Source: Thermodesulfobacteriota bacterium (GTDB lineage: Bacteria; Desulfobacterota; RBG-13-43-22). From it: a stretch of 57,191 nt of DNA. The stretch spans positions 1 to 57,191 of the forward strand of contig JBFMBU010000115.1 of the NCBI GenBank assembly GCA_040755035.1, given 5' to 3'. Each line of letters starts with the position of its first letter. Position 1 is the first letter of the stretch. Shown here one piece after another: positions 19,280 through 27,579 of the stretch. The notes under the pieces were generated by a model, which saw nothing but the letters and a program-made list of their open reading frames with translations, did no database searches and was not told the origin of the DNA. A program made the translations under genes and the position numbers.

Positions 19280-20983
19280 TTACTTTAATTTTACCCCAAC
19301 GGCTACAGAACCCAAGTCTGTTACCAATAAATCGTCGTCGATTTCAATGGGGTCTCCCAAAATCGCCCTTAAGTCTTCTTCCGGGGTGCTGATGGGCATA
19401 ATATTGAAGTTCTTGACCAGCACATCTAAAACATTGGGTGTAATGAAGGCCGGCAAAGAAGGCCCTAAGCGGATATTTTTGATCCCCAGATAAAACAGGG
19501 TCAAGAGAATGGCTACGGCCTTTTGTTCATACCAGGAAAGGATCATGGACAAAGGCAGATCGTTTACCCCCACGTTAAAGGCCTTGGACAAGGCCACGGC
19601 GATCTGGATGGCTGAATAGGCATCATTGCATTGGCCGATGTCCAGCAGTCTGGGGATGCCGCCGATGTCTCCCAGGTCTTTATCAAAAAAGCGGAACTTG
19701 CCGCAGGCCAGAGTCAGGATCACTGTGTCCTTGGGGGTCTGTTCCACGAATTTCGTATAGTAATTGCGCCCCGGTTTGGCGCCGTCACAGCCGGCCACTA
19801 AAAAGAAATGACGGATGTCTTTATTCTTGACGGCTTCAATGACCTTGTCGGCCACGCCTAAAACCGCATTGCGTCCGAAACCGGTGGTCACTTGCCCGCG
19901 GTCGATGTCCTCAGCGTATCCAGGTAGGGCCAGGGCCTTTTCAATCAAAGGGGTGAAATCTTTGTTTTTGATATGAACGACCCCGGGCATCCCTACCAAT
20001 CCGGTGGTGAAGAGATTCCCCTGATAGGATTCTTTGGGTTTCTGAATACAGTTGGTGGTCATCAGAATAGCCCCTGGGAAATCGGCAAACTCTTTCCCCT
20101 GGTTAAACCAGGCGGTTCCATAATGGCCGTAAAAATGAGAATACTTTTTCAATTCAGGATAGCCGTGGGTGGGAAGCATTTCCCCATGGGTATAAATAGT
20201 AATCCCTTTCCCTTCGCTTTGTTTCAGGACCTCTTCCAGGTCCTTCAGATCATGACCGGAAACCAGAATGGCCTTGCCCTTCTTGGCCCCCAAAGGTACT
20301 GCTGTGGGCACCGGATGCCCGTAGGTCCCGGTATTGCCGGCATCGAGCAGTTCCATGGCCCGCAGGTTGTTTTCGCCGCATTTCAGGACCAGCCCGACCC
20401 AGTCATTCAAGGTCAGGTCTTTGTTCAAAGTTGCGGCCAGCCCTTCCTGAATAAAATAGTACACGGCATCGTCCTCCTGCCCCAGGATATGAGCATGGTC
20501 GGCATAGGCGGCCACTCCCATGAGACCGTAGGTCAGGGTCCACTGGAGGGAATGGATGTCTTTATCCACCGAGGGGTCGGAATTAATCCCCACCCCTTCG
20601 CCCTGGTGAACCATCCCGTTCAGAGTGGATTCCGGTATAAAAACAGCCGGACCTTCGCTGAATTGATTCTGTCCCCCGGCAGCCTTGATCTTTTCTTTCA
20701 AGGTTTCTCTCCAGGATACCGTCTGATTGATCCATTCCAAAAATCGGTTCGGATCAAAATCAACATTGGTCAAGGTGGAAAAGAGGGCTTCACAAACGAA
20801 GATGTTGACCTTAGGTTCGTTCACCCCGAGTTTACGGCCTTCAATGGCCACATGGGATAAGCCCCTCAAGGCATAAATCAACAGGTCTTGCAGGGCGGCC
20901 ACATCCGGCTGCTTTCCGCAAACCCCGATTTTGGTACATCCTTCTCCTTTGGCAGTCTGTTCACATTGGTTACAAAACATCAT
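19280..20983 (-). CDS. hcp: Hybrid cluster protein (hydroxylamine reductase / NO reductase)
   Basis: CNQCEQTAKGEGCTKIGVCGK N-terminal cluster, SGHDL, THGEMLP, TTNC, GCDG, LACGK, GQCND and SWYEQKAV. Confidence 0.97.
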   Translation of the reverse strand: MMFCNQCEQTAKGEGCTKIGVCGKQPDVAALQDLLIYALRGLSHVAIEGRKLGVNEPKVNIFVCEALFSTLTNVDFDPNRFLEWINQTVSWRETLKEKIKAAGGQNQFSEGPAVFIPESTLNGMVHQGEGVGINSDPSVDKDIHSLQWTLTYGLMGVAAYADHAHILGQEDDAVYYFIQEGLAATLNKDLTLNDWVGLVLKCGENNLRAMELLDAGNTGTYGHPVPTAVPLGAKKGKAILVSGHDLKDLEEVLKQSEGKGITIYTHGEMLPTHGYPELKKYSHFYGHYGTAWFNQGKEFADFPGAILMTTNCIQKPKESYQGNLFTTGLVGMPGVVHIKNKDFTPLIEKALALPGYAEDIDRGQVTTGFGRNAVLGVADKVIEAVKNKDIRHFFLVAGCDGAKPGRNYYTKFVEQTPKDTVILTLACGKFRFFDKDLGDIGGIPRLLDIGQCNDAYSAIQIAVALSKAFNVGVNDLPLSMILSWYEQKAVAILLTLFYLGIKNIRLGPSLPAFITPNVLDVLVKNFNIMPISTPEEDLRAILGDPIEIDDDLLVTDLGSVAVGVKLK

Positions 20984-21068
20984 TTTTTCGTTCTCCTTTT
21001 TCGGTCAGATTTTTTCACTCAGCATGCGCTTGATGGGCCTTAATATAATCATTTTTTTTCTTTCGCCA

Positions 21069-21082
21069 TTGATTTAAGTCAA
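21069..21082. promoter_or_regulatory. Crp/Fnr-family (HcpR/Fnr-like) operator upstream of hcp
   Basis: TTGATTTAAGTCAA, one mismatch from TTGAT-N4-ATCAA, about 85 nt upstream of the hcp start. Confidence 0.6.
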
Positions 21083-21238
21083 GAATTATTATTTTTTTTC
21101 GGGAAGACTCCGGCTGCCGGGATTTCTCTCCCCCAATGTGGCCAAGGTGCCCACGATTCATAAAATCGGGGCACCATGATAAGGAGAATCGGTCCTGGAA
21201 ACAGTCAGGGTCAACAGGGCCTTGCCAAGAGAGAATCT

Positions 21239-21270
21239 GCAGGGTATATTAAAGCAGGGTATATTAAAGC
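21239..21270. repeat. Exact 15-bp tandem duplication
   Basis: GCAGGGTATATTAAA GCAGGGTATATTAAA GC, upstream of the 21300 gene. Confidence 0.85.
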
Positions 21271-21299
21271 GGAATATCAAAAAATGATAGGAGGAAGAG

Positions 21300-22049
21300 A
21301 TGAAAGGGAATAAGTTACCGAAAGGATTGGGGATCATTTTACTGGGGTGGATGTTTTTCCTCTCCTTACCGGTCTCGGCCGGGCTTATTGATGATATGGT
21401 CCTGCTGGACCGGGATTATATACCGGCTCTGGCGTTGACCAATCAGCCGGATAAACCTGAAATGCAGGTGAAGGAGGCCTTCAGCCGCCTGGAAAAAGCC
21501 TGGGAACAGTTTCAGAAGTCTCTATCCAAAGCCGACAGGGAGACCCCGGTTCTCCAAACGGCCTTAAAAGAGGCTGAAAAGAATATTCAGGAGGCAAAAA
21601 AAATGCTGGCCCGGGGCAAACGCCATGATGCCCATGAGGCACTGGAAGGCCTAAGAACCGGGTTCTGGAAGGCCAGAAGCACCATGGGCATCGATTATCT
21701 GCCCGACCACTTGACCGCTTTTCATGATCCGATGGAAGGGTTTTACGATAAAGCGGTGGCCATTAAGCAATCCGGCGGGGATCCCTCCTCCTTGAAACCC
21801 CTGCTCTCCCACCTTTCCACGCTATGGTCCGAGGTGGAAAAGAGGAATTTGGATCGGAGACTGTTCGGGTTTAATGAAGAGAAAGCTTCCAACTATGAAG
21901 ACATGGTGAAGCAGGAAGGAAAAATTCTGGTTCAGCTTTCCCAACTGCTTGCCTCGGGAAACCAGGAGGCCTTGGTCAAGACCGCCGGTTCTTTAAAAGG
22001 CAACTTCGCCCGCCTATATCTCCTTTTCGGTAATTTCTCCGGATTATAA
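21300..22049 (+). CDS. Secreted all-helical hypothetical protein
   Basis: AGGAGG RBS, signal peptide ending LPVSA, amphipathic helices, and His/Glu motifs HDAHEALE and DHLTAFHDPME. Confidence 0.8.
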   Translation: MKGNKLPKGLGIILLGWMFFLSLPVSAGLIDDMVLLDRDYIPALALTNQPDKPEMQVKEAFSRLEKAWEQFQKSLSKADRETPVLQTALKEAEKNIQEAKKMLARGKRHDAHEALEGLRTGFWKARSTMGIDYLPDHLTAFHDPMEGFYDKAVAIKQSGGDPSSLKPLLSHLSTLWSEVEKRNLDRRLFGFNEEKASNYEDMVKQEGKILVQLSQLLASGNQEALVKTAGSLKGNFARLYLLFGNFSGL

Positions 22050-22096
22050 GGGAAGGAGAGGAAGAGAATCCTTTTATTTATAAATAATAAAAAATA

Positions 22097-22168
22097 AATC
22101 AATAGGTTATGCTTTTTAGCCCTTTACCCCCTTTTTGTCTGGACAATCCAGACAGCTTGGGCTAATAT
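22097..22168 (+). promoter_or_regulatory. IHF consensus, operator palindrome and sigma70 promoter upstream of the small Cys-rich gene
   Basis: AATCAATAGGTTA (WATCAA-N4-TTR) at 22097-22109, TGTCTGGA-CAA-TCCAGACA at 22136-22154, and TGGACA-17-TAATAT at 22140-22168. Confidence 0.5.
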
Positions 22169-22293
22169 ACTGTCCATGCAACGCTTTTCCTTAGCGACAT
22201 CTCTTTAACTCTTCGATTTTACTTAAGGAATTCCCCGGTGTTGTCCAACGCTTAATCCCTGTATGCCAACAGGCTTTTTTTAAGGAGGCATAT

Positions 22294-22497
22294 ATGAAGC
22301 CGCTATTCACACCCCAGCAATTACGGGGCCGATTTGATTGCTTTAGTCACTTTAACCGCTCTGACGCTATTTGTATGAAATATTGTGCCTTGAATATCCG
22401 ATGCGCTTTGGCCAAAAGGCAATGGTTTGACCTGGAAATGGTTGACGACTATTATCCATCCGTTATTTCAACAGATTTTGATCAGGGGCTGGAATAA
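22294..22497 (+). CDS. Small four-cysteine hypothetical protein
   Basis: Strong TAAGGAGG RBS, C-x10-C-x3-C-x5-C spacing and an acidic tail. Confidence 0.7.
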   Translation: MKPLFTPQQLRGRFDCFSHFNRSDAICMKYCALNIRCALAKRQWFDLEMVDDYYPSVISTDFDQGLE

Positions 22498-22819
22498 GTT
22501 CCCGGCATTTTTCCCCTGCCAGACCTTTCAATAAAAAAACTTTAGAGCGGGATTTTTCTCCTTTCAGCAGCACCACTTCCGACTTTTTTATCCCGAACCA
22601 GCCGGCCAGAAAGTCGATACAATGCTTGTTGGCCGCTCCTTCCAGCGGTGGGGCCTGAACCAGTAACTGCAAGGCATCCCGGTATTGACCGGCCCAGGTT
22701 GTTTTTTTGGCCCCGGGCCGGACCCATATCTGGATAGTAGTCCCTTGAAGAACGGGTTTTAAAAAAGGTGGGTAAGGGGAGGAATAAAGAGCGGGAGGGG
22801 ATTTTTTTATTAAGACCAT
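22463..22819 (-). CDS. yggU: DUF167 (YggU) family protein
   Basis: VRPGAKK, VQAPPLEGAAN and LLKGEKSRSK motifs, downstream of yggT. Confidence 0.9.
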   Translation of the reverse strand: MVLIKKSPPALYSSPYPPFLKPVLQGTTIQIWVRPGAKKTTWAGQYRDALQLLVQAPPLEGAANKHCIDFLAGWFGIKKSEVVLLKGEKSRSKVFLLKGLAGEKCRELIPAPDQNLLK

Positions 22820-23119
22820 CTAACCCAATCGGTAACCCAGTTGAATCAGGGTCTTTATCAAGAATTCCTGCAAAAAGATAATAACCAGAAGGATCAGCAG
22901 GGGAGAAAAATCAAACCCCCCCCAATTCAGCGGCAGATAACGACGCATAGGCCTTAACACCGGTTCCGTGACCCCATAGAGGAAGCGGACAATCGGATTA
23001 TAGGGATCAGGGCGGACCCAGGAGATAATGGCCTGGGCGATAATGATCCAGGTGTAGAGGGTCAGGATAATGTCCAGAATTTTTGCCGCGGCAACTAAAA
23101 AATTCCCAAAAACGAACAT
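22820..23119 (-). CDS. yggT: YggT family membrane protein
   Basis: SWVRPDPYNPIVRFLYGVTEPVLRP and DFSP. The start is set at MFVFGN. Confidence 0.93.
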   Translation of the reverse strand: MFVFGNFLVAAAKILDIILTLYTWIIIAQAIISWVRPDPYNPIVRFLYGVTEPVLRPMRRYLPLNWGGFDFSPLLILLVIIFLQEFLIKTLIQLGYRLG

Positions 23120-23244
23120 GAAAAGTACCCTCCGGGAAAAAGAAATGTAAAAATTTTTAATAGCACACCTCAATAACCGTTTCAACAAGAATAAGTGTCC
23201 GGTTAAATTGAATTTCTTCTTTGGAGCCGGCTGTATTGAATTTC

Positions 23245-23273
23245 TTGAATTTGGAATGGATTTTTAGTATGGT
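23245..23273 (+). promoter_or_regulatory. Sigma70 promoter for tRNA-Arg (possibly reading on into pst)
   Basis: TTGAAT-17-TATGGT, ending 10 nt before the tRNA. Confidence 0.5.
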
Positions 23274-23283
23274 GACCTTGCGT

Positions 23284-23360
23284 GCGCCCGTAGCTCAGTC
23301 GGATAGAGCGTCGGACTTCGAATCCGCAGGCCGCCCGTTCGAGTCGGGCCGGGCGCGCCA
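23284..23360 (+). tRNA. tRNA-Arg (TCG)
   Basis: 77-nt cloverleaf: GCGCCCG/CGGGCGC acceptor, anticodon loop CT-TCG-AA, GTTCGAGT T loop, encoded CCA. Confidence 0.95.
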
Positions 23361-23421
23361 AAAAAAATAACAGTTCCTTTGCCTCTGAATCGGAGGGATC
23401 TCACAGAAAAGGGTTCATCTC

Positions 23422-24231
23422 ATGGGAATGTTAAAGGTCGGGATCGGGTGGGTGACAGCGCTGATTTTGCTCACGGCCTTTGGTTGCGGGTCCAAAGGCT
23501 CCATCCATTCACAGGTTCTGACTATCGCCGGTTCTACCTCCGTCCAGCCCTTTGCCGAGAAACTGGCCGAGATCTATATGGATATTGATCCCAAATTTAT
23601 CATCAATGTCCAAGGGGGAGGGTCTACCGCGGGCATCAAGGCCTGCCGGGAAAAGGCGGCTCAAATCGGTACCTCCTCTCGCGCATTGCACAAGGATGAA
23701 GAGGACCTGAGCAAAATTATTATCGCCAAGGACGGTATTGCCGTTATCGTTCATCCCACTAACCCGGTAAAAGACATTTCCCTGGAGCAGTTGCAGGGGA
23801 TTTTTTCAGGCAAAATCCGTTCCTGGGCCCGTTTGGGCTGGGATGATAAACCTATCTATTTTGTCAATCGGGAAGAGGGCTCGGGTACCAGGGATGCCTT
23901 TGAAAGCCTGGTTATGAATAAAATGGAGATATCCGATGAAGCCCTGGTTCAGGATTCCAACGGATCGGTCAGGGAAATCATTGCCAATAATCCCCAATCC
24001 ATCGGTTATATCTCTTTCGGCATCATCAATCATCAGGTCAAGCCCTTAGCGGTCAATTCCATTATCCCCGATTTACAAACGATCAAAAGCAACCGTTATA
24101 CCCTGACCCGCCCTTTTATCTTCGTCTCCCCAAGCAAGCCTACTGCTCTGGCAAGCCGCTTTATCGATTTTGTATTAAGCAAGGAAGGTCAGGAAATTTT
24201 AGAAAAGGAAGGCCTGGTGGGGGTCCGATAG
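23422..24231 (+). CDS. pstS: Phosphate ABC transporter substrate-binding lipoprotein
   Basis: Lipobox AFGC, IAGSTSVQP, QGGGSTAG, REEGSGTR and YTLTRPF. Confidence 0.92.
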   Translation: MGMLKVGIGWVTALILLTAFGCGSKGSIHSQVLTIAGSTSVQPFAEKLAEIYMDIDPKFIINVQGGGSTAGIKACREKAAQIGTSSRALHKDEEDLSKIIIAKDGIAVIVHPTNPVKDISLEQLQGIFSGKIRSWARLGWDDKPIYFVNREEGSGTRDAFESLVMNKMEISDEALVQDSNGSVREIIANNPQSIGYISFGIINHQVKPLAVNSIIPDLQTIKSNRYTLTRPFIFVSPSKPTALASRFIDFVLSKEGQEILEKEGLVGVR

Positions 24232-24232
24232 G

Positions 24233-25069
24233 ATGAAAGAGAAAGTAATCGAAAAAATCCTCACTCTCCTGGCCTTTTCCGCCATCAGTATCCTTTTGTT
24301 GATCACCGCTTTTATTTTTAAGGAAGGCTTTCCGCTGATCTTGAAAGCCGGGATAAACGATTTTCTTTTCAGTGCCAAATGGGCACCGACCAAGGGTCAT
24401 TTCGGTATTTTATCCATGGTCATTTCCTCCCTGGCCGTGACCTTCGGCTCCATCGTTATGGGTGTACCCCTGGCCCTGGCCTGTGCCATTACCCTGGCCG
24501 AGTTTTGCCCTCCCCGTCTCTTAGTCTTTCTGAAACCGACCATTGAGCTTTTGGCCGGTATTCCTTCGGTGGTCTTTGGTTTCTTAGGGGTCATCCTGCT
24601 GGTCCCGCTGATCCGGGAATATCTCGGCGGACCTGGCCTGTCCCTGTTGGCGGCTTCGATTATTTTGGCCATTATGATCCTGCCGACCATCACCAGTATC
24701 TCCATTGACGCCATCCAGGCTGTCCCTTTACTTTATAAGGAAGGGGCCCTGGCCATGGGGGCCACCCATTGGCAGGCCATCCGTCTGGTTATTTTACCCG
24801 CGGCCCGCTCCGGGGTGGTGACGGCTATCATCCTGGGAATGGCCCGGGCCATCGGAGAAACCATGGCCGTGATTATGGTGGCCGGAAACGCCTTGAAAAT
24901 CCCTGTTTCCATTCTGGATCCAGTGAGGACCCTGACCAGCACCATCGCCCTGGAAATGGGGTATTCGGCCGGAGACCATCGAACGGCCCTTTTCGCCGCC
25001 GGCATCATTCTTTTTATATTTATCATGGGCCTGAATATCCTGGCCAATGCACTCATGCGGAAAAAATGA
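24233..25069 (+). CDS. pstC: Phosphate ABC transporter permease
   Basis: ELLAGIPSVVFG and GMARAIGETMAVIMVAGN. Confidence 0.93.
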   Translation: MKEKVIEKILTLLAFSAISILLLITAFIFKEGFPLILKAGINDFLFSAKWAPTKGHFGILSMVISSLAVTFGSIVMGVPLALACAITLAEFCPPRLLVFLKPTIELLAGIPSVVFGFLGVILLVPLIREYLGGPGLSLLAASIILAIMILPTITSISIDAIQAVPLLYKEGALAMGATHWQAIRLVILPAARSGVVTAIILGMARAIGETMAVIMVAGNALKIPVSILDPVRTLTSTIALEMGYSAGDHRTALFAAGIILFIFIMGLNILANALMRKK

Positions 25070-25905
25070 TGCACATCAACCCCACCCTTTCCCAGAAAAT
25101 CATGAAGGTCCTCCTGTGGGGGTTGACCGGGTTGACCATCGGTATTCTTTTTTTTATTATCTTTTTTATTTTTTTTAACGGACTCCCGCAGATTTCCTGG
25201 ACTTTTTTATCCAGTAACCCGGTGGACATGGGCCGTTCCGGCGGCATATGGGCGACTATCGTCAGCACGGTTTATCTTATCGGTATCGCCCTATTCTTTG
25301 CCACACCTTTGGGTCTGGGGACAGCCATTTTCCTGACCGAGTACACCCGAGAGGGTTTGATCACCAAAATTATCCGCTTCGGGACGGAGTCCTTGGCCGG
25401 TATCCCTTCCATTATTCTCGGTCTTTTCGGTTTTGCCATTTTCGTCATGGCCTTCGGCTGGGGGTGGAGCCTGCTCTCCGGCGGTCTGACCCTCTCCACC
25501 ATGCTGCTGCCTACCATTATACGCACTTCCGAGGAATCCATCCTGGCTGTTCCCCGGGAATACAGGGAAGTGGCCTTTTCTCTGGGGGTGGGGAAATGGA
25601 AAACCATTACCCGGGTGGTCCTGCCTTCGGCCCTTCCGGGGATCATGACCGGGATCGTTCTGAGTATCGCCCGTTCGGTGGGGGAGACCGCGGTCATCAT
25701 TTTTACCGCCGGTTCTTCACTCCGCTTTCCGGAATCCATCTTTGAATCCGGACGGACTCTGGCGGTCCATTTTTATATTTTGGCCAGGGAAGGGATTTCC
25801 ATGTCCATGGCCTATGGTACGGCGGCCATCCTGGTCCTGCTGATCCTGATCATCAATATCAGTGCCTATCTGCTTATGCGGATGTTCATGAAAAAATTCT
25901 CATAG
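25066..25905 (+). CDS. pstA: Phosphate ABC transporter permease
   Basis: ESLAGIPSIILGLFG, LPTIIRTSEE and ARSVGETA. The true start at 25066/25069 overlaps the pstC stop; the ORF-track extension to 24769 is spurious. Confidence 0.92.
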   Translation: MMHINPTLSQKIMKVLLWGLTGLTIGILFFIIFFIFFNGLPQISWTFLSSNPVDMGRSGGIWATIVSTVYLIGIALFFATPLGLGTAIFLTEYTREGLITKIIRFGTESLAGIPSIILGLFGFAIFVMAFGWGWSLLSGGLTLSTMLLPTIIRTSEESILAVPREYREVAFSLGVGKWKTITRVVLPSALPGIMTGIVLSIARSVGETAVIIFTAGSSLRFPESIFESGRTLAVHFYILAREGISMSMAYGTAAILVLLILIINISAYLLMRMFMKKFS

Positions 25906-25931
25906 TCTCGAAAGCGGATTTCAGAATAAAA

Positions 25932-26699
25932 ATGCCTGAATTTGATCAGAATAAAATACAGGTTAAAGAGCTGACCGTTCTTTACGGGAACGAATCCTCC
26001 CTGCAGTCCATCTCCCTGGACGTTCCTAAAAACCAGATTACCGGGATCATGGGACCGTCCAACAGCGGGAAGAGCACGCTGCTGCGGATTTTAAACCGTT
26101 TGTCCGATCTGATCCCCAATATCCTGATCCGCGGCAAGGTGTACCTGGACGGGGAGGACATTCTCCGCTCCCATTATGACGTCAACCGGCTTCGAGCCAG
26201 GGTGGGCATGGTCTTTGCCAAACCGATCCCCCTGCCTCGGTCCATTTATGAGAATCTAACCTTCGGTCCCAAGATCCATGGCTTGAAGGAACGTCGTCGC
26301 CTGGATGAACGGGTGGAACAAAGCCTGCGGGCGGCTATCCTCTGGGACGAAGTAAAGGATCGGCTCTTCGAATCAGCCCTCAATCTTTCCGGGGGACAGC
26401 AGCAGCGTCTTTGCATCGCCCGCACCCTGGCTATGCAATCCGAGGTCATTCTTTTAGATGAACCGACTTCCGGTCTGGACCCCATTTCCACGGCCAAGAT
26501 CGAAGAGGCCCTGCGCAGTCTGAAAAAAGACTATACCATCATCCTGGTCAGCAACAACACCAAACAGATCGCCCGTATTTCGGACAAGGTCGCTTTTTTT
26601 CTGATGGGGGATCTGGTCGAATATGGCCCGCCGGATAAACTTTTCACCAGCCCTGCGGATAAACGTACCGAAGATTATGTTTCGGGACGATTCGGATAA
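25932..26699 (+). CDS. pstB: Phosphate ABC transporter ATP-binding protein (degenerate Q-loop and H-loop)
   Basis: GPSNSGKST, LSGGQQQRLCIAR, LLDEPTSGLDP and TEDYVSGRFG. The Q-loop reads VFAK and the H-loop reads VSNN. Confidence 0.92.
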   Translation: MPEFDQNKIQVKELTVLYGNESSLQSISLDVPKNQITGIMGPSNSGKSTLLRILNRLSDLIPNILIRGKVYLDGEDILRSHYDVNRLRARVGMVFAKPIPLPRSIYENLTFGPKIHGLKERRRLDERVEQSLRAAILWDEVKDRLFESALNLSGGQQQRLCIARTLAMQSEVILLDEPTSGLDPISTAKIEEALRSLKKDYTIILVSNNTKQIARISDKVAFFLMGDLVEYGPPDKLFTSPADKRTEDYVSGRFG

Positions 26700-26711
26700 A
26701 AGAGAGGGATT

Positions 26712-27470
26712 GTGGCGGCCATTACCATAAAAAATCTGGATCTGTATTACGGTCCCTTTCAGGCCTTGAAAGATATCTGTTCCTCGTTTAAGGAGAAGAC
26801 CATCACCGCCCTGATCGGTCCTTCGGGGTGCGGAAAATCCACCCTGCTCCGCTGTCTGAACCGGATGAACGATCTGATCGACGGGATCCGAATCGAGGGA
26901 CAGGTCATTATCGGGGATCAGGATATCTACGCCCCCAAGACCAATTTAATTCAGTTGCGCAAGGATGTGGGCATGGTCTTCCAGCGGCCCAATCCTTTCC
27001 CCCTGTCCATTCTGGAGAATGTCCTTTTCGGCCTCAAGGTCCATAATGAACTGCCGTCGGAAAAAAAGAAATGGGAGGAGATTGCCTTTCAGGCCCTATC
27101 GGCCGTGGGGCTTTGGGACAATTTAAAGGACAAGCTGAAACAATCGGCCCTGACGCTGACCCTGGAACAGCAGCAAAGGGTTTGTATCGCCCGTATCGTG
27201 GCCCTCAAGTCCCGCATCGTGCTTATGGACGAACCCTGTTCGGCCCTGGATCCTATGGCCACAGAGAAGATCGAAAGCCTGATGCTGGAACTTAAACAAA
27301 ATTTCACCATCGTCATCGTCACCCACAACATGCAGCAGGCAGCCCGGATTTCCGAAGAAACCGGGTTTATGCTTTTGGGGGATCTGATCGAATTCGGGCC
27401 GACAGGACAGATTTTCACCAAGCCCCAGGATGACCGGACCAACGATTACATCACCGGGAGATATGGATAA
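26712..27470 (+). CDS. pstB: Phosphate ABC transporter ATP-binding protein (degenerate signature motif)
   Basis: GPSGCGKST, VFQRPNPF, LMDEPCSALDP, VTHNMQQA and DYITGRYG. The signature reads LTLEQQQ. Confidence 0.92.
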   Translation: MAAITIKNLDLYYGPFQALKDICSSFKEKTITALIGPSGCGKSTLLRCLNRMNDLIDGIRIEGQVIIGDQDIYAPKTNLIQLRKDVGMVFQRPNPFPLSILENVLFGLKVHNELPSEKKKWEEIAFQALSAVGLWDNLKDKLKQSALTLTLEQQQRVCIARIVALKSRIVLMDEPCSALDPMATEKIESLMLELKQNFTIVIVTHNMQQAARISEETGFMLLGDLIEFGPTGQIFTKPQDDRTNDYITGRYG

Positions 27471-27579
27471 AGAGGTTTGAGGCGGGAGGCAAAAGGCCTG
27501 AGGTCATCAAACCATCCGGTTGAATCCAAAGGTCTTCACCTCCCGCCAGCGTTTCAGATTTCAGGGATGGGTACGGCGG

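Noticed and set aside
15754-23360. Integrative island between the two tRNAs
   Set aside because: No integrase and no duplicated tRNA 3' end (att site) were found, and the interval includes housekeeping yggT/yggU.
24769-25065. 99-aa N-terminal extension of PstA in the ORF track
   Set aside because: It overlaps pstC in another frame. The ATGA-coupled start at 25066 gives a normal PstA.
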